DNA from: a virus
Taxonomy: Duplodnaviria; Heunggongvirae; Uroviricota; Caudoviricetes
Direction: 5' to 3' (one strand)
Virus record (IMG/VR): IMGVR_UViG_3300049049_000146
Location: 3,216 to 67,215 of that record
Length of the DNA stretch: 64,000 nt
Notes under the pieces: model-generated
Seen by the model: the letters and a program-made list of their open reading frames with translations, nothing else
Told to the model about the DNA's origin: nothing
The model's database searches: none
Shown: piece by piece, positions 17,094-26,426 of the stretch
How the letters are laid out: the number at the start of each line of letters is the position of its first letter
How positions within the stretch are numbered: position 1 is the stretch's first letter
Program-made: the position numbers and the translations under genes

Positions 17094-17504
17094 TCAGCCC
17101 TCCGTACCGGGCTTGCGAATCACCTCACCGAATTCACGCTTGTTGATGACGCGGTACTTCACGTCGGGACCGCACGGCGCGGGGTCGGGGTGCTTGTAGT
17201 AGAGGTACGGCACGCCGTTGATCAGCACGCCGAACTCCCCGTCGTCGCAGATTTCCGGGTCGTTGCCTTCCGTGATGATCCAGCGCACCTCGTGCGGCGG
17301 TCCCATCTCCTCGGCGGAAATGACTCGGTAGCTCTCGATCGTGTCTCGGGCGACGAGGATCTCCGAGACGAATCCGCTCGCAGGATCCTCGCTGAGAGCG
17401 TAGAGTAGCTGGGTGTGAATGTCGGCCTCGTCGACGACGTCCATCGTCAACTCGACGGTCACACGGAACCGCTTTCCGTTCTTCGGCGGCGTGTAGTTGT
17501 CCAT
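17094..17504 (-). CDS. hypothetical protein
   Basis: SD GAGGAGG. Confidence 0.75.
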   Translation of the reverse strand: MDNYTPPKNGKRFRVTVELTMDVVDEADIHTQLLYALSEDPASGFVSEILVARDTIESYRVISAEEMGPPHEVRWIITEGNDPEICDDGEFGVLINGVPYLYYKHPDPAPCGPDVKYRVINKREFGEVIRKPGTEG

Positions 17505-17505
17505 G

Positions 17506-17994
17506 TCAGACCTCCTCGATATCCGACCAGTCGACGCGAGCACTGCTCGTGTGGTATCCTTCGGTCCCGTCGTTGCAGCCGGTACCAGAATCCCAATGCT
17601 CTTCGATCGTCTCGACGAGGGCGTATTCCGGATTCGAGTCGATGATTCTGACGAGCCACCCCTTCTTCATGCTGGGCCCGGTCTCGGACTCGTCGATGTC
17701 GATCGTCAGGCGGTAGACCTTCTCGTCGTGATTGAGGGCCACGGCATTGTCTGCCGCCTCGACGAGCGCTCGATTCGTGAGGCGAACGGCCACCTCACGG
17801 GGCTTGTCGTACACTAGCCCGATGGGATTGTGCACATCCACATCCCATTCTTCGACGATCGTGTCCGCCTCGTCGGAGGAAAGTAGCCCGTCACCGACGG
17901 CATCCTGCACCTTGAGGCGCAGGTACTCGTCGCTCGGAATGTCGTGGGCCTCGTCGTAGGCCACCTTGATCGTGATGATCTTGTGCTTCGCCAT
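17506..17994 (-). CDS. hypothetical protein
   Basis: SD GAGGAG. Confidence 0.75.
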   Translation of the reverse strand: MAKHKIITIKVAYDEAHDIPSDEYLRLKVQDAVGDGLLSSDEADTIVEEWDVDVHNPIGLVYDKPREVAVRLTNRALVEAADNAVALNHDEKVYRLTIDIDESETGPSMKKGWLVRIIDSNPEYALVETIEEHWDSGTGCNDGTEGYHTSSARVDWSDIEEV

Positions 17995-18005
17995 TTCGAT
18001 TCTCC

Positions 18006-18545
18006 TCAGCGTCCGGTCATGTACTCGATGCCGAACACATCCCAGCCGCCGATGTCCTCGAAGACACGGAGGGCCGGGCTGAGCTTTTTCGCGAAGATGT
18101 CGCGGGTGTCCGGCTTGCGGCGCTGCACCTTCACGATGGCCTTGCCCATCATGCAGTCGTGCGGCGTGATTCCCTCGGCCCAGAAGAGAGCACGGCACAT
18201 CGCGCCGGCATTCTCCTCGGTCGACTTGAAGCAGAATGCCCGAGTCCGCCAATCGTTTTCGAGCAGCTTCTCCATTTCCCGACGCACCTCTTCGGAAGGC
18301 GCGGTGTCGCAGAGACGAACGAGCACTCGGTACTCGTGCTCGGCGGAATCGATCGTCACCTTCTCGATGACGATTTCCGTCCCGGCGTAGCCCTTGCGGA
18401 AATCCTCCCGCCGAGCATTGAAGAACGCGTGGGCGTCCTCCTCGGTGTCGAACATCATCGCCCCTTCGTCACCGAAAAGGATTCGGTCTTCGAGGCGCTT
18501 GAGTTGCGGAGTGGCAGCAAGGCAGAGAGCAAACATGGTCGGCAT
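18006..18545 (-). CDS. hypothetical protein
   Basis: SD GAGGAGG, promoter upstream. Confidence 0.8.
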   Translation of the reverse strand: MPTMFALCLAATPQLKRLEDRILFGDEGAMMFDTEEDAHAFFNARREDFRKGYAGTEIVIEKVTIDSAEHEYRVLVRLCDTAPSEEVRREMEKLLENDWRTRAFCFKSTEENAGAMCRALFWAEGITPHDCMMGKAIVKVQRRKPDTRDIFAKKLSPALRVFEDIGGWDVFGIEYMTGR

Positions 18546-18566
18546 TTGGAAACCCTCCTCGGTGTT

Positions 18567-18583
18567 TAGCATCGACGGGGTTT
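18567..18583 (-). promoter_or_regulatory. phage promoter-like motif copy 15
   Basis: AAACCCC-GTC-GATGCTA. Confidence 0.85.
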
Positions 18584-18633
18584 TCCCTATGAGGGTGGGC
18601 CTGCGGGTTAAAAGGCTTCGGGCGCGCACGCGG

Positions 18634-18667
18634 GTTAAACGCGAAAAGGCGGCCGAAGCCGCCCTTT
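18634..18667 (-). terminator. terminator-like hairpin, tail TTTTCGCGTTTAAC
   Basis: GGGCGGC-TTCG-GCCGCC. Confidence 0.85.
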
Positions 18668-18669
18668 CG

Positions 18670-19083
18670 TCAGGGTTCGATCTCATCCGGAGGCGGGGGT
18701 GTCGTGCCATGCTCGACGCCTAGCCTCTTGAGGATTGCGATCAATTCGTACGAATCACCAGGAGCCTGTAGCCATCGACGTACTCCAGGGATTTCCTGGG
18801 GCGTGTCGTGACCAGAGTAAACGTAGATGGGGACGTTCGACGGTAGCAACCGAATCGCGTCCTGCACTACTCGCGCCCCACCGTCCGGTCGGATAGGTGA
18901 ATCGATGCGCATCGGCAGTCCCCAATCAGTGATTAGGGCCACGAAATCCGTACGCTCACGCATCGTATTGATGCCCTCGACGACCGTCTGGCATCGTAGG
19001 GCAGTCAGTCCGGCTCTCTCGATTGCTCGAATGACTGCACGGGCTTTGTACTCGTCGTCCTCAACGAGCAGAACCTTTTTCAT
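18670..19083 (-). CDS. stand-alone response-regulator receiver (REC) domain
   Basis: VLLVEDD..LITDWGLP..VYSG; conserved KP lysine replaced (QAP). Confidence 0.8.
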   Translation of the reverse strand: MKKVLLVEDDEYKARAVIRAIERAGLTALRCQTVVEGINTMRERTDFVALITDWGLPMRIDSPIRPDGGARVVQDAIRLLPSNVPIYVYSGHDTPQEIPGVRRWLQAPGDSYELIAILKRLGVEHGTTPPPPDEIEP

Positions 19084-19268
19084 CTGCATTCGATTCCTTG
19101 CTGCCTGAGGCGTAGGCATTTTGCATTGTGCTGCTCGGTGATCATCTGCTGCCGGAGTACCTCTCCCCGGAGCGTGATGTTCTCGTGCACCGAAGTGACC
19201 ACCCAAGCAGCAGAGCTAAAGAACATCGCGATTACCACGATGCCCATTGCCCAATCAAGCGGTCTCAA
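19080..19268 (-). CDS. small membrane protein
   Basis: one hydrophobic helix; ATGA coupling to REC gene. Confidence 0.65.
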   Translation of the reverse strand: MRPLDWAMGIVVIAMFFSSAAWVVTSVHENITLRGEVLRQQMITEQHNAKCLRLRQQGIECR

Positions 19269-19782
19269 TCGACTTCCTCCATGAATCCATGAATGCTCGA
19301 ATGTTCTTCGAGCCCTCGGGATTCGCAGAATGAACCTTGAACCGCGGCACGGCCGACTCGCCGTCCCAATACTCCCGCGCCAACCAACTCAGGAAGTCGA
19401 TGGAAGTATCGGGGCCGCCGAGATCGTGGTCGAGAGACATGAGAGTCGGCATTCCCTTTTCGAGAACGAGCCTCTTCGCCTCTTCGCTGGAACGTGCGAC
19501 CGTCCACTTCGTGAACCAGCATTCGGAATCCAGCGACAGCGTCTCGTCGTAGACGAACTTCGGATTCCGAATGTCGTCCAAGAAAAGAATCCATCCCTGG
19601 TCTGCCGGACGCTGCGCACCGCACAGACATTCGCTCGACGTCGCAGGATTGCCGGCTCGGCAGTCCGAAGCGGGACAGCGCCACATCAGGCCCGCCCGCT
19701 CCATGACTGCCATCACCGTAGGGCGCTCCTCTTCCGTAGCCTTGAGGAGCATGAGATTGAGTGTGTCGAGTACGCTGTACAT
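19255..19782 (-). CDS. Zn-ribbon plus cyclic-phosphate-processing receiver-domain protein
   Basis: LFLDDIRNP..W.VARS..SLDHDLG..HSANP.G..NI. Confidence 0.8.
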   Translation of the reverse strand: MYSVLDTLNLMLLKATEEERPTVMAVMERAGLMWRCPASDCRAGNPATSSECLCGAQRPADQGWILFLDDIRNPKFVYDETLSLDSECWFTKWTVARSSEEAKRLVLEKGMPTLMSLDHDLGGPDTSIDFLSWLAREYWDGESAVPRFKVHSANPEGSKNIRAFMDSWRKSIETA

Positions 19783-20648
19783 CAGTCGCTCGAATCGTAC
19801 GTGGTGAGGAATCGGTAGCGAGCGCCTCCCGACGGCCTCACCATGATTCCGGTCCACCCGGGACACTTGCTCTCGACGACGTTGCCTCCCGTGTCGAAGA
19901 ATGCCCCGTGGTGCAGGAGATCCTGGACGAGCTTCATCTGCTCCGTGCTCAGCGGCGCAGAGAATTCGACGTAGCGATCGTAGTCACGAATGCCCCGCCC
20001 CGGATTCGACGACCCGGCGTTGAAGTCCCATCCAGTGTCCTTGACGACCTTCGGGAACGAGAGATCGCCCTTGATGACGCCCGTCAGGTATTCGATGTGC
20101 TCGGGCGTGTCGTCCCAGAGCGTCGACTCCAGGGGATTGTCGTAGTGCTTGAGGCGAATGCCCTGCTGAATCATGGCGATGTAGCAGGCGAGCACCGCGT
20201 TGCCCTCTTCGTCGGGACCGAAGTAGACGCCACGGTACCCACGACCCCCGGCGAGCAGCATCGGGAAGTGCAGGTGCTTCCCGCGCCACTTGTCCTCGCG
20301 GATCTGACACGCCTCCGTGAGCGACGGCTTCGGCTGCGGGTAATTTCCCGCGGGACCCTTCGGGGGATTGAACGTGCCGCTCTTCGGCATTTCGTAGTAT
20401 CCCCAGAAGTTGTCGTAGCCGTACTTCACCAGCGCCACGCAGTATGCGAGCAGCGGATCGTCGATTCGCTGGCCCTCGTGAATCAGGGCAACGTAGTAGC
20501 CATCCTCGTTGCAGATCAGTTCCGGGAACGTGGGAACGTTCAGCGGGATCTTCTTCTCGGTCCGATCGCTCCACAGGTTCTTCGCGGCGAGATCGGGATT
20601 GCGCTCAACCTTGACGACGCTCTTGAGAGGAACGCTGAGCTTGGACAT
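19782..20648 (-). CDS. hypothetical protein (288 aa)
   Basis: long ORF, TGATG coupling. Confidence 0.85.
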   Translation of the reverse strand: MSKLSVPLKSVVKVERNPDLAAKNLWSDRTEKKIPLNVPTFPELICNEDGYYVALIHEGQRIDDPLLAYCVALVKYGYDNFWGYYEMPKSGTFNPPKGPAGNYPQPKPSLTEACQIREDKWRGKHLHFPMLLAGGRGYRGVYFGPDEEGNAVLACYIAMIQQGIRLKHYDNPLESTLWDDTPEHIEYLTGVIKGDLSFPKVVKDTGWDFNAGSSNPGRGIRDYDRYVEFSAPLSTEQMKLVQDLLHHGAFFDTGGNVVESKCPGWTGIMVRPSGGARYRFLTTYDSSD

Positions 20649-20649
20649 T

Positions 20650-20982
20650 TCAGTTCATCTCCTTCGGATCGACAGGCGGAGGGGTGACGAGGGGCGTCAC
20701 GTTGTTCGCGCTGCATTTGTCGCAGCACTGACGAGGCAGTTCGCTATCGTTCAGAACGCACCCACAGAATCCGCAGGTGTCCGATGCACGGTAGCTCACC
20801 GTGTGCTTGTAGGTCCACGTCGGCCACGGGCGATTGAGGAACTGATCGACGAGACGCTCGGTCGACGTGGGGCGCTGAGGTACATTTCCGGAGCGCAGCT
20901 TCATCACGAAGATGAAGAACGAGAGGAACGAGAAGAATGCGATGATGAAGACACAGGTGACGATTGCCTCAGCGATACTCAT
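20650..20982 (-). CDS. membrane protein with C-terminal Cys cluster
   Basis: TM helix; CGFC..CCDKC. Confidence 0.7.
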   Translation of the reverse strand: MSIAEAIVTCVFIIAFFSFLSFFIFVMKLRSGNVPQRPTSTERLVDQFLNRPWPTWTYKHTVSYRASDTCGFCGCVLNDSELPRQCCDKCSANNVTPLVTPPPVDPKEMN

Positions 20983-21205
20983 GGAGGGTCCCTCTCTTTT
21001 CGTGCCAGAGAATCGTCGCACGGTCCCGCACGGCCCGCCACTCTTCGCGGAGCCATTGCTTGGACCGGCGACGACTCCCACTCCGCAGCGTGTACATGAG
21101 ACCATTGGCGAATCGCCAAATGCTCTCAAGCTCGGCCGTGCTCATCTTGCTCAGGCTTTTGAGCTTCGGTGCTCTCGGCCATTCGCGCGGAGGATTCCGG
21201 CGCAT
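20969..21205 (-). CDS. basic hypothetical protein
   Basis: TGATG coupling. Confidence 0.55.
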   Translation of the reverse strand: MRRNPPREWPRAPKLKSLSKMSTAELESIWRFANGLMYTLRSGSRRRSKQWLREEWRAVRDRATILWHEKRGTLHEYR

Positions 21206-21681
21206 CAGTAGTCCGAGTTGTCGAGCGGCTCGAAGAGCTTGCGCGACTCGCTCTCGTATCGCTCACGAGCGGTCCGCATCTTCTCCCGGGCCGAATCGAT
21301 GATCGACTGCGGGTCGCTGGAACGCTCCGCGCTGTTCCGGAGAATCATCGCCGCAGTCAGTTCCTCCTGGAACTCCTGCCACATCGCGGCATGCTTCGTC
21401 TGGAGATCGTAGAGGTGGTCCTTCATCTTGCTCACGGGCATCACCATGTGGTTCTCGAAGCCATTGCCTTGCGAGACGCGGCGGCCGTCCTTGTAGGACG
21501 CGATCCACATCGTCCCGCCATTCTTGAGCAGGGATAGTTCGACCGTCTCGAACTCACCCCGCTTCGTCGATTCGATGGCGCGCTGTTCGGCGCGGGGGTC
21601 GACGAGCATCGGCTCGCTCACGTGCTTGGTGTCGCCTCGCCACCCGATGAGCACGCAGAGATTCAGCTTGAGGTCCGTCAT
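21205..21681 (-). CDS. hypothetical protein
   Basis: TGATG coupling. Confidence 0.75.
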   Translation of the reverse strand: MTDLKLNLCVLIGWRGDTKHVSEPMLVDPRAEQRAIESTKRGEFETVELSLLKNGGTMWIASYKDGRRVSQGNGFENHMVMPVSKMKDHLYDLQTKHAAMWQEFQEELTAAMILRNSAERSSDPQSIIDSAREKMRTARERYESESRKLFEPLDNSDY

Positions 21682-21875
21682 CAGCCTGCCACCTTTCCGA
21701 AGCTCGGCACCACCTCGATCGCCGAGACCTTGTTGCCGTTCTCGTCGGCCCCGTGAAGCGGCGCCGAGAAGAACACGTCCTTCCAATCACGCACCCGCTT
21801 CTCGGCGTCGGCCTTGTTCGGGGTGTTGAACTTGATCGAAGCACCGTTCATGAACAGCACTCGTGCCTGGAACAT
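21681..21875 (-). CDS. hypothetical protein
   Basis: SD AGGAGG, leader hairpin, promoter. Confidence 0.75.
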   Translation of the reverse strand: MFQARVLFMNGASIKFNTPNKADAEKRVRDWKDVFFSAPLHGADENGNKVSAIEVVPSFGKVAG

Positions 21876-21913
21876 GGTGGTATCCTCCTGGAGCCACGAC
21901 GGCTCCTACGATC

Positions 21914-21930
21914 TATCATCCGGGGACTTT
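21914..21930 (-). promoter_or_regulatory. phage promoter-like motif copy 16
   Basis: AAAGTCC-CCG-GATGATA. Confidence 0.8.
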
Positions 21931-22025
21931 GCTAGTCCTCGCGATTCTTTTCGATCTCGTTCTGTAGCGCCTGCTTGCGATTGCCGATGCGGCGTAGCCG
22001 ACGGTCACGCATCGGCCCCGCCTTC

Positions 22026-22400
22026 CTAGTCTTCACGACCATTGCAAGCGCACTTCGGCGCTTCGGCATTTTCTTGTTCTTGGCAGTCATAGCGATGCTT
22101 CCTTCCGGAGCCGCGCTGGATTGCGTCGTACCAATCCTTCATCGCGGCCTTGATGTTGTCGAGATTGCTCAGCCATCCGCGATGGAATTCATCCGACGGA
22201 GTCTGGCGGTCCTCTCGATTCCAGTCGCGGACCAGCCGGCAGTGTACGAAATACTGCCAGGGTTCCCTGGACAGTCCGTCGAGAGGCCAGTGGAAATGCG
22301 GCGGCCACACGTCACGCTTGCGATCTAGTTCCCGAAGGCACGCCTCCTGGATATCCAGGGCGGCGCCATGCGTCACTTCCTCGAAGGTGAACTTTGCCAT
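22026..22400 (-). CDS. hypothetical protein
   Basis: SD GGAGG. Confidence 0.75.
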   Translation of the reverse strand: MAKFTFEEVTHGAALDIQEACLRELDRKRDVWPPHFHWPLDGLSREPWQYFVHCRLVRDWNREDRQTPSDEFHRGWLSNLDNIKAAMKDWYDAIQRGSGRKHRYDCQEQENAEAPKCACNGRED

Positions 22401-22470
22401 ACCTGACCTCCAAATGGAAGAGGCACGCCACCATCACAGTAGCGCGCCTCTTGTTCCTGTGTAGCTGTAA

Positions 22471-22785
22471 CTACGAGGCGGCCAAAATGCGGCCGACGTT
22501 GTACTTGCCGGTGCGCTCAGCCTCGAAAAGCTTCGCGTCGTTCTCCTCACGACGAATGTTCGCGAGGTCAAGCTCAGCATTAGCCCTGGCTGCGCTGATT
22601 GCCCGCTCCCTCATCTCAGCATCGGGAACGTTGCTGAGGAAGTGCACAATCAATTCATGAAGGACACGGGCACGAACGATACGCGTCGTCGGTGCTGCGA
22701 GAGCCAGCTGACTCTCGGCCTTGCGGGTAGCGACGCCCAGGACGACTCGGACCGCCTTCTCCATTTGCTCATTCTCGACCGGCAT
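22471..22785 (-). CDS. hypothetical protein
   Basis: SD, promoter upstream, start MPVENE. Confidence 0.7.
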   Translation of the reverse strand: MPVENEQMEKAVRVVLGVATRKAESQLALAAPTTRIVRARVLHELIVHFLSNVPDAEMRERAISAARANAELDLANIRREENDAKLFEAERTGKYNVGRILAAS

Positions 22786-22833
22786 GATCTCCCCTCTTAC
22801 GGCCGGTAGCTTTACAGACCGACGCTCCGATTC

Positions 22834-22850
22834 TAGCATCGGCGGACTTT
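22834..22850 (-). promoter_or_regulatory. phage promoter-like motif copy 17
   Basis: AAAGTCC-GCC-GATGCTA. Confidence 0.85.
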
Positions 22851-22851
22851 G

Positions 22852-22892
22852 AAAACGAGAAAAGGGCCCGAGGATTTCTCCCCGAGCCCTTT
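22852..22892 (-). terminator. terminator-like hairpin fused to promoter
   Basis: 30 bp identical to 961-990. Confidence 0.85.
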
Positions 22893-22898
22893 CTTGAT

Positions 22899-23318
22899 TC
22901 ACTTGAACTCGACCTGGCGCGTCTCGATCATCATCCAGATATTCGACCAGACCGCCTGTGGCTGGGGCGGAGCGAAGTGACGGCACTCCACCTTCCAGTT
23001 GCAGAAGACGCTCTTGAATCCCCACGGAGCTTCCTGCGTCGGCTCGATGAGGATTAGCTCGTCACCCTCTCGGTATTGCACGCGGGCCATCGTCATGAAC
23101 GGCTTCTTGACGACCAGCACGTCCCTCGGCTTCGGCAGGCGTCCGAAAGCCTGTGCCGCTCCCTTGAAGTGCTCGACGAGATCGGATGCTCGGTCCAATC
23201 CCTTGAGCATTCGCTCGTTGAGATCCGTTGCCTTCTGGAGCGCCGCGAGCAGTTGCGTCCTCTCGACGGAGAGCTTCTCGATCGTTTCGAGCGCCTGGCG
23301 CAATGCGTCGGCGGTCAT
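22899..23318 (-). CDS. coiled-coil plus SH3-like hypothetical protein
   Basis: ATGA overlap. Confidence 0.75.
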   Translation of the reverse strand: MTADALRQALETIEKLSVERTQLLAALQKATDLNERMLKGLDRASDLVEHFKGAAQAFGRLPKPRDVLVVKKPFMTMARVQYREGDELILIEPTQEAPWGFKSVFCNWKVECRHFAPPQPQAVWSNIWMMIETRQVEFK

Positions 23319-23812
23319 TCGGAGACTTCCTTTCGCGAGTAGACGGGCACGCCGTCGAGGTGGTAGTCCGGCGTGAGCTTGAGCCCGTCGAGCCAGCGGG
23401 TGAAATCCTCGGACATGACGGCGACGTACGCCGTGTACCACGCACTCTCCGGCAAGATGAACGGCTTTGCGTCCGGCGCGGTGATTACCCACTGGAGCAG
23501 CACATCATCGAGGTGCGTGAACTTGCCCTTGAGACGCGGCGGGGCGAGGGGCGATTCCGTCTTGTGCTTCACGTCGCTCCGCTTCAACTGCACGAGCCGC
23601 AGCTTGATGCCTCGCTCCGCCCCCACCTGACCGATGCGGAATTCGACTGCGTCCTTCCAGCTGATGACCTGCATCTCAGCGAGCGTGACGTAGTCGTAAT
23701 CACGCCACGCCTTTTCCATCTGCATCGCACGGGCCCGGTGGTCGTCCGCGGCTCGGTGCTCTTCGTCGATCGCTTCGCGGATCTTGTTGCCCATCTCTGC
23801 GCTGAATCCCAT
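23315..23812 (-). CDS. hypothetical protein
   Basis: SD AGGAG. Confidence 0.8.
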   Translation of the reverse strand: MGFSAEMGNKIREAIDEEHRAADDHRARAMQMEKAWRDYDYVTLAEMQVISWKDAVEFRIGQVGAERGIKLRLVQLKRSDVKHKTESPLAPPRLKGKFTHLDDVLLQWVITAPDAKPFILPESAWYTAYVAVMSEDFTRWLDGLKLTPDYHLDGVPVYSRKEVSE

Positions 23813-23821
23813 GGGGTGCTC

Positions 23822-24331
23822 CTATTGTTTCGCCGGGACTGCGGTCATGGCCACGTAGCCATTTCCCATTCCCTTGTTGTTCGCGATGCGGATTGCTTCT
23901 GCCTTCGAGAGCGCCTCGACCACGCCGAGCCTCGGGTCGCCGTGTTCCTTGGCGTATTCACGATCCTCGTAGTAGATTTCCCAGCGCTGCCATCGGACTT
24001 CCTTGAGGCGTAGCCATTGCACGTAGGCGAACTCGATCGCCATGTTGTGCTGCGCACCCGTCAGCGGGCTCCGATAGCTGCCGTCCTTCTCCATGATGGT
24101 GGGATGCTGATTCCGAGTGGTCTCCCAGATTCCGATCGGGTACGACGAATAGTCCGGGCCCTCACTGCTGAATCGAGCGATGAGCGTACCACCATCGCAC
24201 CGCTCACAGAAGTAGAGATCGAACCAGCGCTGTAGCCTGATCGTCGCGAGGTGAAGGCACGAATCGCAGTCGTGCTGGAATCGGGGCTTGAGCTTCCCCA
24301 CCGGCTTGAGCGGACGTAGCTTCGCCATCAT
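23822..24331 (-). CDS. hypothetical protein (HDCDSC..CERC)
   Basis: SD GGAGGA, ATGA overlap. Confidence 0.75.
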   Translation of the reverse strand: MMAKLRPLKPVGKLKPRFQHDCDSCLHLATIRLQRWFDLYFCERCDGGTLIARFSSEGPDYSSYPIGIWETTRNQHPTIMEKDGSYRSPLTGAQHNMAIEFAYVQWLRLKEVRWQRWEIYYEDREYAKEHGDPRLGVVEALSKAEAIRIANNKGMGNGYVAMTAVPAKQ

Positions 24332-24666
24332 TCCTCCACCACAGTCAGGCTCGACTCGGGGTACCCCTGCTCGATTCCGTACATCCACATCCAGAAGAGA
24401 CGAATCTTGTAGTTCGATTCCGGATCGTCCAGCGCTCCGAGGGACTTGCCCAGCGTGTACAGCGGCGAGCCGTCGCAATCCCTGGTGTGCTCGATGACGT
24501 ACAGCTGCACGCGGCCGGTGATCGAAGTGTCGTTCGCGAAATGCTTCGTGATCTCGACCTCGACGAGTGCACCGATCGGAATCTTGTGCTCGATCTCCAG
24601 GTTGTTCTCGCGAATGGTCTTGCCGTTCGCCTCGACGATTTCGCTGAACTTGATGATCTCAGTCAT
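24328..24666 (-). CDS. conserved phage protein (ENN..I.H.IP.G.LVEV..HTRDCDG.PLY)
   Basis: recurring phage motif. Confidence 0.8.
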   Translation of the reverse strand: MTEIIKFSEIVEANGKTIRENNLEIEHKIPIGALVEVEITKHFANDTSITGRVQLYVIEHTRDCDGSPLYTLGKSLGALDDPESNYKIRLFWMWMYGIEQGYPESSLTVVEE

Positions 24667-25030
24667 TGTCGTCCTCTTCGTCCGGGATACCGTCCCGTCC
24701 GATATCCTCACCATCCTCGTTGAAGACTGCCCCGATTTCGGATTCGATCTCGTCTCGCAAAGACCCTCCACCATGCACGATCTCCGGCCAGTCACCCTCA
24801 GTCAACGACCGACGGGACAGTGCGGCCGAGAGGCGCGGGTCGAACTGCGGCTCCTGATTCGGTCGGGACCAGACGTAGAACGCCACCACATCATCGGTGA
24901 ATCGATTGTGCTCGTCGAGGTATTCCCTCACCATTTCGTCGTCAGCGAAGTGAGTCGCCGGAACGCTGACGAATGCAGTCTCCCAGGTTCCTCCCTGGAA
25001 TAGCATCACGATTTCGATGGAGCGCATCAT
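24659..25030 (-). CDS. hypothetical protein
   Basis: coupled ORF. Confidence 0.7.
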   Translation of the reverse strand: MMRSIEIVMLFQGGTWETAFVSVPATHFADDEMVREYLDEHNRFTDDVVAFYVWSRPNQEPQFDPRLSAALSRRSLTEGDWPEIVHGGGSLRDEIESEIGAVFNEDGEDIGRDGIPDEEDDND

Positions 25031-25179
25031 CGCTTTGAATCCTTCTGCTTCTGGCGCTGACGATATTTCTCAGCGAGTTCCCAGCGAGCTTCTTCGATTA
25101 CGAGTATCTCTTCGACGGTCGGCTCGATAACGAACTCGATGTATGCTTCCCAAGCCGCCGTGCGTTCAGCCTCAGACAT
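25027..25179 (-). CDS. 50-aa hypothetical protein (not in ORF track)
   Basis: MSEAERTAAWEAY..; ATGA overlap with next gene. Confidence 0.55.
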   Translation of the reverse strand: MSEAERTAAWEAYIEFVIEPTVEEILVIEEARWELAEKYRQRQKQKDSKR

Positions 25180-25256
25180 TTTCTAGAATCCCCTGCCACC
25201 CTCCCGGTGGCTTCCGCAATCAGTACCGCAAGGGTTCAGACAACGGTAGGTAGGGT

Positions 25257-25505
25257 CTAGAGGTGACGTCGATACGTCGCGGTCTGGTACACGCAGAAGA
25301 TCTTGAACTCGTCGCCGGGCTGCGCCAGCCCCTTGCATTCGTCGACCAGATCGTCCTTGCTCTTGAAGCGGGACGGCCGGTCTCGCTGGGACAGATGGCA
25401 AATGCCATCGTCATCCTTGACGACATTTCCTCGCCCGACACAGACAGCGTAGTATTCGGGGGTGCTGTACTCGGGCTCTGCACCGCTACGGTTGAGATGA
25501 TCCAT
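25257..25505 (-). CDS. hypothetical protein
   Basis: SD GGAGG. Confidence 0.65.
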   Translation of the reverse strand: MDHLNRSGAEPEYSTPEYYAVCVGRGNVVKDDDGICHLSQRDRPSRFKSKDDLVDECKGLAQPGDEFKIFCVYQTATYRRHL

Positions 25506-25560
25506 CGGGGGCCTCCATCCTCTCATTACGTCGTCGCCCAGCTTGCGCGTTAAAAGGCCG

Positions 25561-25590
25561 CGGGCCCCGGTCGGTTAGGACCAGGGCCCG
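25561..25590 (-). terminator. terminator-like hairpin
   Basis: GGGCCCTGGTC-CTAACC-GACCGGGGCCC followed by GCGGCCTTTTAAC. Confidence 0.65.
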
Positions 25591-25596
25591 GTAGGC

Positions 25597-25773
25597 TCAG
25601 GCGAAGATGTCGAGGCGGTGGAAGTCGAGATCGTCGTGCGGGTGCCGACGCTCGTTGCGGAGGGCACGGGCCGTCTCCCGGCTGATGTTGCGAGCGTCGC
25701 GGACCGAATCGAAGTCGATGCGGTGCTTGGGCTCGTAGATCGAGAGGTCCGTCTGCTGCTTCGTGCGCTTCAT
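25597..25773 (-). CDS. 58-aa hypothetical protein (not in ORF track)
   Basis: MKRTKQQTDLS..; SD AGGAGG, leader hairpin, promoter. Confidence 0.75.
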   Translation of the reverse strand: MKRTKQQTDLSIYEPKHRIDFDSVRDARNISRETARALRNERRHPHDDLDFHRLDIFA

Positions 25774-25811
25774 GGCTGTCCTCCTGACGGCACTTGCCGT
25801 CTTGCTCCCTT

Positions 25812-25828
25812 TAGTATCGTCGGGCTTT
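25812..25828 (-). promoter_or_regulatory. phage promoter-like motif copy 18
   Basis: AAAGCCC-GAC-GATACTA. Confidence 0.85.
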
Positions 25829-25831
25829 GCC

Positions 25832-26167
25832 CTATCGATACCTGGCCATCATGCACATGCATCGGATGCCGTTGGCGAAGAATTCTCGGGCCGTGCCGAG
25901 CTTGTCTTCGTCGGTCTCCGCGAACATGCGATCCCACGTCTGTGTGTCACAGACGAACTGAATCAGGCCCTCGTTCTTCAGCACGAATTTCATGTCGACC
26001 AGCCGAGGACCGGGCTGGGTATTGAAGACGTGGCAGACCAGATTGGCCTGGTCCGGCGTCAGCACTCGCTCGCCGAGAATGACCCGGTACGGTCGAGGAT
26101 CGCGGGGGTCGGGATTGAAGCGCTCGACATCCTGCGGGTCGACCTGGTGGGGAAGTAGCCATGCCAT
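25832..26167 (-). CDS. hypothetical protein
   Basis: SD GAGG. Confidence 0.7.
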   Translation of the reverse strand: MAWLLPHQVDPQDVERFNPDPRDPRPYRVILGERVLTPDQANLVCHVFNTQPGPRLVDMKFVLKNEGLIQFVCDTQTWDRMFAETDEDKLGTAREFFANGIRCMCMMARYR

Positions 26168-26174
26168 GAGAACC

Positions 26175-26426
26175 TCACTTCGAGTCGAGAATCTCTTTCA
26201 CCTTCGACACGATGCATTCTGCATACGTGTGCCCCATGTCCCGGCCATCCATGAAGATATGCCAGAACGTTTGGTAGGGGTCGTCACCGACGAGAGGCAT
26301 CGTGCTATGAGCGAAAGCCTTGAGCTTGATATCACGGCCCTCGACATTGCCGTAATACTCCCGGGAGCCGAAGCCGACGAGCTTCGACTCCCAGGATCCT
26401 CCTACCTTGCGCAGTTGTTTGATCAC
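26175..26426 (-). CDS. hypothetical protein
   Basis: GTGA overlap. Confidence 0.65.
   Translation of the reverse strand: MIKQLRKVGGSWESKLVGFGSREYYGNVEGRDIKLKAFAHSTMPLVGDDPYQTFWHIFMDGRDMGHTYAECIVSKVKEILDSK

Noticed and set aside
952-18640. GTTAAAC/GTTAAAT copies match the integron core site GTTRRRY, suggesting an attC cassette array
   Set aside because: The first base varies (CTTAAA and ATTAAA also occur), no complementary box closes an attC-like palindrome, the hairpin lies on the wrong side, and no integrase is present. Terminator tails explain them better.
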